Of a stretch of DNA of 64,000 bases, positions 49,655-61,586 are shown piece after piece. Within the stretch, counting starts at the first letter, position 1. Each line of letters begins with the position of its first letter. A program made the position numbers and the translations under genes. The notes beneath the pieces are model-generated. The model saw only the letters and a program-made list of their open reading frames with translations, had not been told where the DNA came from and searched no databases. Source of the DNA: Eledone cirrhosa (lineage: Eukaryota); the NCBI GenBank assembly GCA_964016885.1, contig OZ024740.1:393390001-393454000 (forward strand). The letters run 5' to 3'.

Positions 49655-51170
49655 GCTGAGAAGAGAGATGCTTGGAAATATCATGAGGTTGCTGATTGGG
49701 GAGAATTATTGGAGAGGGAGGACCTACTCCAAGTAGACCCAATAAACGATCATCTATTAAAATTGATAACTACTGTATATATTTGTGTATAAGTTGCACC
49801 AGTAAGATAAGTCAAACTTCCATTTTACACACATTTACACTGTACCAAATATTTTAAAATGAGGCTTTGTAGGTCAAGTAGATAAGGAGCTTGTTGGTTC
49901 TTAACTTTGCATTTTCATGGAACATAGAGCAAATTATACATGAGTATATATATGGTTGAAAGCATGATTAAAGTTATTAAGACAGAGAAAGGGTAGGACC
50001 ATCATGGATAGTTGCCAAGATGATGAAAACATCCAGCACAGTAGAGCAGGTGCTAGTCATTTACATAGTTAATCAGGTAGTACAGAGTGGTATCATAATC
50101 AATGACTGGAATAGCAGTATCATCATCAATTGCAACAAAGGCAAACAAGATACTCTAAAAAGAAGCGACTATAGTGGCATCAAACTGATAGACCAAGTTA
50201 TGATAGCAACAGAAAGAATTAAAACAAGTGATTAGGAAGTAAATTAGCTTAGATGAGATACAATTCAGGTTTGTTCCAATATGATTTACCTCTGATGACC
50301 TCTTTCTGGTGAGACAACTCCATGGGAAAGTTTTAGCTAAGAGAAAACCATACACTTAGTATTAGATGAAAGGTACTACACTCTGTAATCTGGTTGTTAT
50401 TAAAAAAAGCTATGTGTAGATAAATGGCTTGTAAAAGTTGTGCAAGTCAGGTATAGGGTGAGAGTTGGCAATGACTTCAACAAGTAATTTAGTGAACAGA
50501 TAGGTGCCCATCAACACTCAGTTCTCAGGCTCCCTCCTCTTTATTATAGTTCTTCAGGCCATTATAGTGAATTTTAAAACTGGCTGTCAATGAGAATTCT
50601 TGTAGTCAAATGACCTAATTCTTATAACTGAATCTGTTGAAGATTTAGAGAAATTTCAAATATATAAGTAAAGCATAGAACACAGAAGCCTTTAAGTAAA
50701 TCTAGCAAAGACTAGCAATTTTAGTTAGCAGAAAAGGAAACAGAACTATTTCCATTGGGGAAGTAATCATGTTCGATATACTTAAATGGAGTAGTTAGAA
50801 ATTCCATATGATGTACCCTATACAAATTATTTCAATTTCTTAGTAGACTCCATAGATTGTGTAAAGTTAATATGCATAGACGGTGGAGCACAAATGAGGT
50901 GAGAGAAAAACTAAAAAAAAAAAACAGATATGTGCAAGAGAAAAGACAGTGCTTGTGCAGACATGCGATTCTTATAGAGAATGACAGTTGAGCAAAAATG
51001 TACCAAGCAATTTGAAGTAGAAGGAACAAGTGGAAAAAAAGGACATAGGAAGAAGTCATGAAAGAATATTTGAGAAGGTTGAATCATATGAAGAAGATGA
51101 TATGGTAACATGAAGACATGTCCAACTCAAACAAACATGCAAAGAAATTAACATAAATATGATGATGATG
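49655..51170 (+). mobile_element. Highly degraded RTE (RT to tail)
   Basis: DWNSSIIINCNKGKQDTLKRSDYSGIKLIDQVM and IQFRFVP, with a (GAT)n tail at ~51160. Confidence 0.8.
49771..49956. mobile_element. Putative Tc1/pogo-type MITE inserted in the RTE
   Basis: Imperfect TIRs (t)actgtatatatttgtgtataa / ttatacatgagtatatatatggt interrupt collinear RTE sequence. Confidence 0.5.
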
Positions 51171-51359
51171 AGTTTAAGTTGTATTTTAGACAAATATAAT
51201 TCAAGTATTTTCAACTATAGCTATTTCTGCTGTTGCCCTAGCCACTTTTACATCTTTTAGGAGGTTTGTTCATAGTAGGATTTGAGTTCAGTACTGCAGA
51301 CAAACATGACATACACAAGTTATATTATGTCTTTGACTGATGAATTGTAACATCAATAT

Positions 51360-51540
51360 AATTGTTTCTACCTTTGGCACAAGGCCAGCAATTACCCAGC
51401 GCATTACTGGTACTTAAATTTATCGACCCCGTAAAGATGAAAAGCAAAGTTAACCTTGACGGGATTTGAACTTAGACCATAAAGGACCGTAACTCTATGC
51501 TGCAAAGCATGGTGTCCGACTCTCTACCGATACTGCCAAA
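51360..51540 (-). mobile_element. SINE family B
   Basis: Reverse complement of the family B consensus. Confidence 0.82.
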
Positions 51541-52294
51541 TGCCATATTTAGTTATGTCCCGTAACATTCTGTGTTCAAACCCTACTGATGTTAATAAAA
51601 TATATACCAGTCAACAACTGAGAGTTCAACTTAATCAACTCTTCTTTTCCAGCCTTTTGCCCAAATTAGAAATTAATCATACAGTACCTCTGCCATCTAC
51701 AGCAGTGATCTGTACCACTCACTCTAAAGATATTAATCTAAAGAAAGGGATGGTTATTGCTAAAGTTTTAATCTTATTCTTCATACCATTTGTGGTAACA
51801 GCTGAAGCTACAAAAAGGCATGACCAAATAGTTGGACTACTACTGGCAGCTAAATAATGCTGCAAACAGTACAGAGTTGTTGGTGTAAGATAATTAGTGA
51901 TTATCAGTTACTTTTAACATAAATAAACATACCAGAATAGCTGAAAGGAATGAACAGTTGAATGTTTCGTTAAAAAAAAAATTAAAAATATAAAACAATC
52001 TAAACAATGCTCTATTATTAGTATGAGTTATTTACTATTTCTGAAGTATTTTCTTCTTGAATAACTCTTTTGTTAAGATTATTTTTTAAAAATAAATACC
52101 CCAAAATATAACTGTCTATTTTCATATGATGATAATAATGATGGATCACTCATTGGTTTCAAAGATGAGCATTCAGTTGTTTGATCAAGTGAATGTTTAA
52201 CTCATGAATTAGCCTGTCAGTAGTTGAGTATATCACAGATACATGTACCCTTAATCATATTTCCCAAACTGGATCAGAGTAACAGTCAATCTGA

Positions 52295-52620
52295 TTTGTT
52301 GTGTTGTTAAGTTCTTTGCTTCACAACCATGTAGTTTTGAATTCAGTCCACCTGTATGACACATTGGCAAGTGTCTTCTACTAAAGCTTCAGATTGACCA
52401 ATGTCTTGTGAGTGAAATTTGGTAGACGGAAACTGAACAGAAGCCCATCATACATGTGTGTGTGTGTGCATGTACCCATGTGTGTTTATGTGCTATAACT
52501 TAGCAGTTTGACAAAATATATCGATAATACAAGTACCAGATTTGAAAAAATAAGTAAAGGGCTCAATATGATTAACTAAATCCCATCAAAGAAGTGCCCC
52601 AGCATGGACAGAAACCAGTT
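52295..52620 (+). mobile_element. Old SINE family C
   Basis: tRNA-like head, cttgtgagtgaaatttggtagacggaaactg core and a gtgccccagcatgg..gaaaccag tail. Confidence 0.65.
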
Positions 52621-52846
52621 TTAAAATTATGGAATATTAGCAATAATGTTTGATAGATAATTTCTCTCACTGACCTCTAGTGGCTGATTTCTATATAAAC
52701 ATACATTGTTTAAGTTTGAAGCCAGAGCATTGACTTCTAATATAGGATTTTGATATTTTAATTCCCTATGGAGAGCCATGTGCTAGACAAACAGTTGGTA
52801 GTTCTTATCTTATTACCAGTCCTACGTTGTATCCATGGGTCAGCCA

Positions 52847-53074
52847 TTAACCCTTTAGTATTTACATTACTCGATATAAACTATTGTATTTTCACAGTAA
52901 AGGCTTTATCACACATAGTAACTCACATAATATTGAATCTATGAGATTTTCATATTATTTATTTTGAGAACTATACCTTAACATCAGTATGAGTGGCTAG
53001 TTAAAGCCAATTTGAACAGAAAGAAGTGAGAGAATTCTGGCCAGATACTTCCAGTTTAAATGCTAAAGAGTTAA
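52847..53074. mobile_element. TTAA-flanked MITE (piggyBac-like)
   Basis: TIRs ttaaccctttagtattta / taaatgctaaagagttaa. Confidence 0.8.
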
Positions 53075-53234
53075 ACTCAATAACCCAGTTTACATAAGTG
53101 TAAATAGGTACCATAAGATTGGAACAGTTTACAGTTAAAATCAATGGAAACTGTGTAAAATTGATCAATGTTTGATTGTCTTGCATTGAAAAATCGAGTT
53201 CCTCGTGTGTGTTTAACTGTAAGACATCACCTAC

Positions 53235-53270
<36 letters not shown>

Positions 53271-53427
53271 TCATCGTTTAATGTTTATCTTCCACGCTAG
53301 CATGAGTTTGTCCCATTTAGAGTTGGGTCGTGTGACCATGTCTTGTTCATATAGGACTGTTTCTGGCTGGTTACCTATGGCTGCATGCCCTTCTTAACAC
53401 CAGATTGACCAATGCCTTGCGAGTGAC

Positions 53428-53458
<31 letters not shown>

Positions 53459-55599
53459 TCTTTTACTCTTTTACCTGTTCCAGCCATTCATATATATGAC
53501 TAAAAAAGAGTTATCAATCATCAATGGATGCCTTTGATCATGAAATGTCAAATAACAACCTGATAACAGACAGATTATTTTAAGAATTTATTCACTATGA
53601 CATAAGTCTCTGGAATTTCAGAGTAATAGCAAATTCTCAATAACATACATATATAATTTCATCCTTATTCCTGGCTGAAACAGTTAAGTGTAATTTACAC
53701 TGTTAATAATTTTGGGAAAGGCATGAATATGATAATTTCCAATTTCTTTTCTTTATAAAAAGGAAATCTCAGACTGCATGCTCATATGATAAACAATTAC
53801 CATTGTTTGAAAAAAAAATTCACGTGTGAGGTGTATGTTGAGATAACAGTGGAAGCTAGTAATGTATCATAATACAGCTTAAATTACAGAACACCAACAA
53901 AAAAAGAAAAAAATACATATTCATCATCACTCCTATGAATGAAACTTTTAATTCTTTTTAGATAAGAGCAACTAAAAAATCAAATATTACCAATATTGAA
54001 ATTTCTGAAAGACAGTATGATCCAAATGTCCTTTCCCTTATATAATTCATGTTCATCATTTTATGCTAGTTAGTTATATGTAGAAATAATTTTGCATTCT
54101 ATCAGATTGTATAAGCTTAGGATCCATATTCATCTATACATCCATATCATGTGTTACTGCAACTTAAAAGCATTTACTATTTGAACAGACAATATTTATT
54201 CCACTGATACATACTGTTTGCTCATACTATTTTGAATACTGGCAGCATGATAGAGTGGTAAAAACTGCAGACCATCAGACTAAATGCTTTTCCACATTTA
54301 TCATACTCCTCTATGATCTAAGTTCAAATCACACTGCAAATAACTTTGTCTTTTATCCCTCAGGAATAACATTTTTTGAAATATACAAGTCATGTACTAA
54401 ATTTGATCCAATTGAATACATCCCTGCCTCACATATCTGTAGCATTGTGTCAATAAAAGAGATTATTTTTAATTCCTAGAAGAATTTTCTTCTAGCTATT
54501 GGGCTGCTGTTCTACTTACTCTAGATCTATTTCGTCTAAGTACTGACACTCACTTAATAGTAGTTTTATTCATTATTATCAACTGATTATTGTTCACTGT
54601 GTAAGAGGTTTACAAATATCATATTTTAGGTTTCTTCAAGTAGAGCTGTTTGCCATCTACTTCAAAATACTGATACATATATATTTTTTTCTTTTCCCAT
54701 ATTCCCAGTGGTTCCATTGTAAACAGTGTTAAATTTTGACATTAAACTCTAATGATTTTTTAACTCTATAACTATTTGACCCTTGTAATGAGTGTTACAA
54801 ATAAATAAATGAAATGAACAATAATAATAAATAAATAAATGAAAAAGTTATATGATATTCACTAGAGTTTTACTAATATATTGCTTTCTGTTTTTATATA
54901 ATTTTCTTTTTCATTAAAAGATGTGTTAAACATATGATTTTTGTTTTCTTTCTTTACTTATAAGAAACATGTTTGAAATGTCTCCCACCAAGAAGTTAAC
55001 ATACATGAGTGTACTCCAGCATGGCCATAGCTGAAACCATTCTATAATATTAAATAAACATGAAAAAGTGTTAAAAACTGGAGCAATAAAAAGAAATGAA
55101 AAAACTCAACAACAACACGATTTAAAAGTTTATAAGGCAATGAGAGTTGCATGATTTACCAAAAATAAAAGCTAAATCACCCTCAAATTATCACTATCTA
55201 GAAATAAGGAGATACACATTAGACAGTGCATTCCTAGATATACAATACTTGAAAGAAGAATGAGTCATGACAAGAATGCCTTTCACCATCAATCTATTGA
55301 GTCAAGACTGATTTGCAGCAAATCAACAAATTAAACATTCAAGTTATGAAATGAAGTGCATGATTCTAGTGTTAAGTTAACACTTATGTGATGTGTGACC
55401 GATTGTTGCACTTGGTGGGGAATTGCCCCCCCCCCACCTTTCTTCATTTTTAGTGTGTTTCTTTCTCTCTCTTTTATGCGTTTATATTTGTATATATTAT
55501 ATGTGTTTGCATTTCAATTCTGTAAGCATTATATTATTAAATGTTTTTACAACTGTGAATAAAAGATTATCATATTCTAGTATTAAAAAAACCTCATAG

Positions 55600-56220
55600 T
55601 ATATATATGTAGGTGCGCTTACACACACACATATTTATATGCGCGTGGTTTTGTATACCCATGGTAAGGTTTTGCATATGCTTGTGTATGTACGTATCTG
55701 TTTGCGTGTATGTATTTATTTGTTTCTATTACTTCTGTATTGTATTTATTTACTTTGTTCTTAACTCTGTAGCGGAGATTCATTTGGTCTCCTAGTTAGA
55801 ATTTTAGTCTACGATTTCTGCTATACCATTTACGTGGTTTTGTCTTTGCGTGCTATTGTTCTCCACGCTCCACATATGACTTATTATCTTCGTTTTTTCG
55901 TTCATTGCCAGAGAACGTCTCTATGCACCACCTAAGAGAACATTAGTCTACGACCTCTTTTATACCATAAACGTGGTTTTGTCTTTGCGCGTAATTGTTT
56001 TTCACCGCTCCTATTAATGACGTATTATTCGTTTTTTCCCGTTCTTTGCCAGCGAACGTTACCACGAACCAAAGTATCGTCTTCCTGTCTTCCTCCGGTT
56101 GCAACGTTTTTTGAAATATCCAGTTCTGCGTTTACAGATTGACTTTGTTAGTTTCAGAAGATCCCGTTAAGGGTGAAAGCAACGATTCTTTGCTTAAACT
56201 TTAATCTGTTATTTTAATAA
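55600..56220 (+). mobile_element. PLE pLTR-like cassette with internal ~138-bp tandem duplication and hammerhead variant
   Basis: CpG-retaining T-rich segment with repeat units starting tagtctacga at ~55805 and ~55943. Ends at (TA)n. Confidence 0.5.
56150..56200 (+). ncRNA. Type I hammerhead-like variant
   Basis: Stem I AGTTT/AAACT; CAGAAGA; stem II CCC/GGG with a T-T closing mismatch; GAAA; stem III AGCAA/TTGCT; triplet CTT. Confidence 0.5.
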
Positions 56221-56233
56221 ATATATATATATA

Positions 56234-57250
56234 TCATCATCATCATCATCATCAGGTTTAGCGTCCGTGTTCCACGCTTGCATGGGTTTGGACGGGGGTT
56301 TTCCCACTTGAGGCAAGAGTGGTTGTCTTGCTCGCATAGGACTGTCTGGCGGGTTTTCTACAGTTGGATGCCCTTCCTAACACCAACCACATTTACAGTG
56401 TGGGGCTGGGAGGTTTTTACCGTGTTGCCTACACGGCCACATTACAGCGTGGACTGTCTGGCGGGTTTTCTACAGCTGGATGCCCTTCCTAACACCAACC
56501 ACATTTACAGTGTGGGGCTGGGAGGTTTTTACCGTGTTGCCTACACGGCCACATTTACAGCGTGGACTGTGTGTTTTTTGTCGTGACACCTACACGATCT
56601 CATTTGTTTCGGCCTGGATGTTGTGGGACCAACATAACTTTACATTGAAAGGGGCGGTGTGGGTGGGGTGGAGGTGGTGGGACGGGGGTGTGTTTTGATA
56701 GAGATGCCTACTGACTGTAGTAGGTTTTTACTTTGTATTTAGGTAAGGCGGGTCTTCTCTATTACTGAGTACCGCCAAAGGTCTCGGTCCAGTGACATTG
56801 TCTTGGAGAGGTGTAAGCGTGTGAGGTCGGAATTTATCAGCTCGTCCCATGTTTTTCTGGGTCTGCCTACTCCGTGGCTACCGTCTATCTTTATTGCCCT
56901 GCACTTTGTTATACAGCTGTCGTCTTTCATGCGCATCACGTGACCGTACCAACGTAGCCTTCTCTCGAGTAAACAACATCTGATCCCTCTTATTTCTAAT
57001 TTTTTCCTTAGTTCGTTTATGCTTTGCCGTTCACGTATATTACTATTGCACATCCAGCGGAGCATGCAAGCTTCGTTCCTCTCTAGTCTGCGTATATCCT
57101 CTGCACACAATGCCCAGGTCTCACTGCCATGCAGCATTGCTGTTCGTATGCAGGCATCGTATAACCTGCCTTTCATTTTTAGGGAGAACCCTCTAGCGGC
57201 TAATAGTGGTATAAGCTCTCTGAACTTTTTCCATCCAGTTCTGACTGTAG
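56234..57250 (-). mobile_element. RTE 3' portion (5'-truncated) with ~117-bp tandem duplication in 3' UTR
   Basis: ORF 56739-57176 MKGRLYDACIRTAMLHGSETW...RLRWYGHVMR, with a (CAT)n tail on the plus strand. Confidence 0.92.
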
Positions 57251-57271
57251 CTACTATATATATATATATAT

Positions 57272-57475
57272 ATGTAAAAGGTAAACGGAAATAACAACAT
57301 GATCGGTACAGTATATGGAAGGGATATATTAGGTTAACGCTTGATATAGCAGGAAGAGGGTGCTAGTCCTTCATCAGAAGAAAGAATGAGAAATAAGATA
57401 GATTGAGAGGACAGCAGGATGGAATTGGAAAAAATGTCTTTAGATAAAAATAACATGTTGACATCTCTTGCAAAA
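57272..57475 (-). mobile_element. Second copy of the short hammerhead cassette (GAAAC half deleted)
   Basis: Homologous to 44157-44372 but lacks the tcttaacgtttcaga segment. Confidence 0.6.
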
Positions 57476-59150
57476 CTGTTAATATATATATATATATGGT
57501 ATTAATTCATATAAAATCTTATGTGATAGAATGTGCACTCAACACAACACATTGTTGAGATACTTTCTGTTTAGAGTGGCAACCTGTGACTACTTATTGT
57601 AAAGTGAGCTGAACCAAGAACTAAGCAAAGTGTACAGAGAAGCTTGAAAGTGAAGATGGAAAAGTAGAATGAAAGAAAAGATGAAAAAGAAGATGATAAA
57701 TGAAAATTCTACAAGATAAAACAGAAGCCAGAATTAGAGGAGGAAGAGAAGATGAAGGAAAAGCCCAAATGATGATACCTGAAATTAAGCTGAATAGTAC
57801 CTTATAGTATGTCATGGTGACTCTCTTACAATAACTGCTTATGTGCTTCTTTGATTGCCGATGAGATAGATAGTAGTCTTTGAGCAGTACCATTCATCTA
57901 ACACAAACATTTGAAAACATTTGCAACACTAATGCCAACATACCACATACATCTTTGCAATGGTACACACCATACCCCACGAAAAACAGATCCCATTACC
58001 AGGAAGAATAGAAGAAGAGGACAGGATTATGGTAGCAATTAATATGGGAGTGTTGTTAGTGATGATAGTGATGATGATGTTATAAGGGCTGTAACTAAAT
58101 GAACCGAGACATTTCGAGTAGTACCAAAACATTTCTGTCATTTCATTCTGTCAAATATATATTGATGTATTGGAAATAAAGGAAGAAATACAGTGCCCAT
58201 AACTTTTTAGCAGGGTTTCTAAGAGTGGTGTGAGGAAGTTATTTTCAGACATAAAACCTGGCCAGGTAGTGGTGTTAAACTGGGTGTCAGATTAAATATA
58301 CCATTCAAGGAAAAATATAGTCTTGCTTATGGGCTTCTGCACAGTTTCCATCTACCCAATTTCACCCATAATGCTTGGGTTGCTGTGATTTAAGACAGAC
58401 ATTTGCTGAAGGAAATGCAGTTGTGAAATAATTTTCTTAACCTCACAGTTCAATAACAACAACAACAACAACAACAATAATAATGATAATAATTAAAATT
58501 GTAATAATTGCACTAGTTCTGAAATCAGTAAATTTCTGTGATGCTACAAACCATTGTCTACTAGAGGGACAACAGAGATAAGATCCTTTATAAAAAAAAA
58601 GATTACAGAAAGTCTATCTCTAATGTTTGTTATTTTCTTCCTGTAATCTGTTAATATTATCGTAGGCAGGAAGAACTAGCTGTCATTGTAAAAAGTGAAA
58701 ACAAAAACAAAAAATAACTATCAACCAATAAAACTGAATCAATAATTTTAAGTTTTTCAAATACTTTTTTTTGTTATTGTTTTAGTCAAGGGTGGGTGTC
58801 CATGGCCATTTTCAGGGTCTCCGCAACTGGTAGGATGGAAGAAGGAAGGTAACCTTAATCTAGAGAGTTGGTCTAAAAGGCTTGCAAGAGAATGGGCTCT
58901 GCAAAAGCACTTAAGAGCTAGGTGGTAGTGTTTAGCAGGGTGACAGATTAAAGTCAAGTCCCTAAGTTTGACACAGCAGGATTTGAACTGAGAACACAGA
59001 TATAGAACAAACACTGCAAAGCATTTTGTCCCATGCACTATTAATCTGGTCAAACTGCTACCTTATATTATTTTTGTCTATTTATAGTGAAGGGTAGGAG
59101 ACTCCTCATGAATCATCGTATTTAAGGTTGATATGTGTATGAGAGAGCGC

Positions 59151-59201
<51 letters not shown>

Positions 59202-59739
59202 ATACTTGGGGAGGGTCATATTTGCGTAATATTGCCAGAATTAATAACAGAACACACTCACTGTTTGGTTGGTTTTCGCTTCTCGCTGTCTTTTATTATA
59301 TCTGCGATCTAACTTACTCGGTCCTCAATGTTGCCATTGACTGACCGGCGGTCAAAAATAATACAGATACAATATAGACACAAACACATATATATATATA
59401 TAGTTTACATAATTTACATAAATCTTTCGTTGCACATCTGCAACATCGTCAGTGGTGTTATATTCATTGTTCCTCCTGTTGTGTTGTATGCCTACGCCAT
59501 TTTTTATTCAGTCTGTCTATATATTTATTTATTTATTTGCTTGTTTGTTTATCTTATTTTTTTTTTTTTTTGTCTTCTTTGCGCATGCGTTTGCGTGTGT
59601 GTATAGTGTTATGTGTGATGTGTGACTAGTGTGTATAGTGTTGTGTCTGCTGGGTGACTAGTGTGTGTTTATGTGCTTGTTGTTATTGTGCTTGTGTATG
59701 TATTTATTTATCTTATTTTATTTAATTTTATTTACTTAT

Positions 59740-61545
59740 TTATACTTCTCTTAGGTCAGTGTTGTTTGTTTGGGTGTTGTTGTTGTTCCACTCATTCTTT
59801 CTGTTTAGCTTTGGTCTTCTAATTTCTATTTCACTGGCCTCTCTGATTTGCCTATCTGCTGGGTCATTCCTATGTTTAGATATTATTCTAATTTCTATGT
59901 TGTCTATGTTACCGTCATGTTGTCTAGCATGTTCGTATAGTACTGACCCGTTTTTTCGTCCTTTTAGTTCCCCCCAGTGTTGGTCTATCCTTTCACCTAT
60001 GCTACGAGCTGTCTCACCTATGTATGTTGTTGTCATGTTTCTGCAAGTACACTCTGTACATCTTATGCTATAGACTACGTTTCTAGTTTTACAGTTTATC
60101 CGGGGGTTCACCTTACATATGATACACTTCCTATTGGTACAGTGGGTTTTCTTAAAAGGGTAGGTTTTGCTGATCAGGGATTTTATGGTGGTTCCTGGCT
60201 TTTCTACCACCTTTATTTTTAAGTGGGTCTTTCTCAGGGCCTTTCTACACTGGTTAGCTAATTTCCCTCCAGGGATGGCGTCCACAAACATGACACTCTG
60301 ATATCTCTGGTTGTCGTACCATGATGTGGCCTTCCCTATCTTATGTCTAGCCCTATCTAAGCTATTCCATGATTTGCTCCTGTATAGTGGGCAGATTCCT
60401 TTCATGTCCAGTTCTATGAGGGTCTTATACTTTTCCATGGCTCCTTCGTATACTCTGACTCTGTCTCTTTGGTTGTAGCCAGAGAACTGCATGCGGTTGA
60501 TGAAGTGTTGGATGTGTCCTTCCATTTCTGTTGGGTCGCACATGCTGGACACATTCTTCATCACTCGTACCAAATCTGCGATCAGAATATTAAACTTAGC
60601 ACTACTGGACATTGCTGAGTTTTTGAGTATCAGGTATTTGGAGGCCATGGGTTTAGCATAGTGTGAGTGGAGAATTTGGGCTCTCTCGTCTATAGTGTTA
60701 ATCCAGAGTTCTGTGTCTAATACAGGTAGTCTATTGTTAGGGTGTTTGGAAGGGAAGTCTATAGTTACAGTTATACTCTGGTGTATGGAATTAGCTATCT
60801 GCTGGATGCTTTCCATCGTGCTACGTTCTAAATCGAACTTGTTAGTGCTCTCTAGTGGGGGTGTTCTTATAACTATATTGATATCATCTACATAACGAGA
60901 GTACATGATGAGGTCTATGGAGCTTTCATTAAGGAGATCTTTAAGTCTCCTTTCCCACCATACCATGAAAAGGTTGGCAACATCACCAGCTATGCTGACG
61001 CCGATGGCTGCTCCTTCATTTTGGGTGTAGATTTTCTCATTGAACTTAAATATGTGGCCCTTTAGGGTAGTTTTGATACTAGCCCCTATTGCATGTGCGA
61101 CCATTTTTCTTACCTGATCAGTGTTTTGGGGGGTCCGTATGGCTTTGGTCCACCCAATCCACCTTCCTATGGGAGTCTTTTTAGCCATTGAGGTTATGGT
61201 GGGGGGGTCTACTTCTTATAGGTCTACTAGGGCAGAAACATCTAAGGTCATGGCTGTCTAGATAGTCAGTGTCGTAGGTAAGTCTAAGTAGGAGGCCCAG
61301 TTCGTCTGTGTCGACGTCGCAGAACTCCACCTCACTCTCAATGATCATCTCCACACATCTTTTCACAGCAAAATCAATGTTAATGGATGGGTACAGTGAC
61401 ACCACATCCATGCTGCCTATTATGCAGTTGGATAGGCTCCTGTTTGTGTTGCACTCACTGATTCTGCTGAGGAGGTCCTCTGTACTTTCACATACATCTG
61501 GGGACATCTTGATTATGAGGCGTATAACCATTGAGAGGAAGTAGG
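59740..61545 (-). pseudogene. PLE RT + GIY-YIG ORF, left arm, frameshifted
   Basis: ORF 59740-61188 plus the N-terminal frame carrying SMDVVSLYPSI. There is a +1 frameshift in the G-run at ~61201-61207. Confidence 0.9.
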
Positions 61546-61586
61546 AGAACAAAAACAGGAGCCTATCCAACTGCATAATAGGCAGC

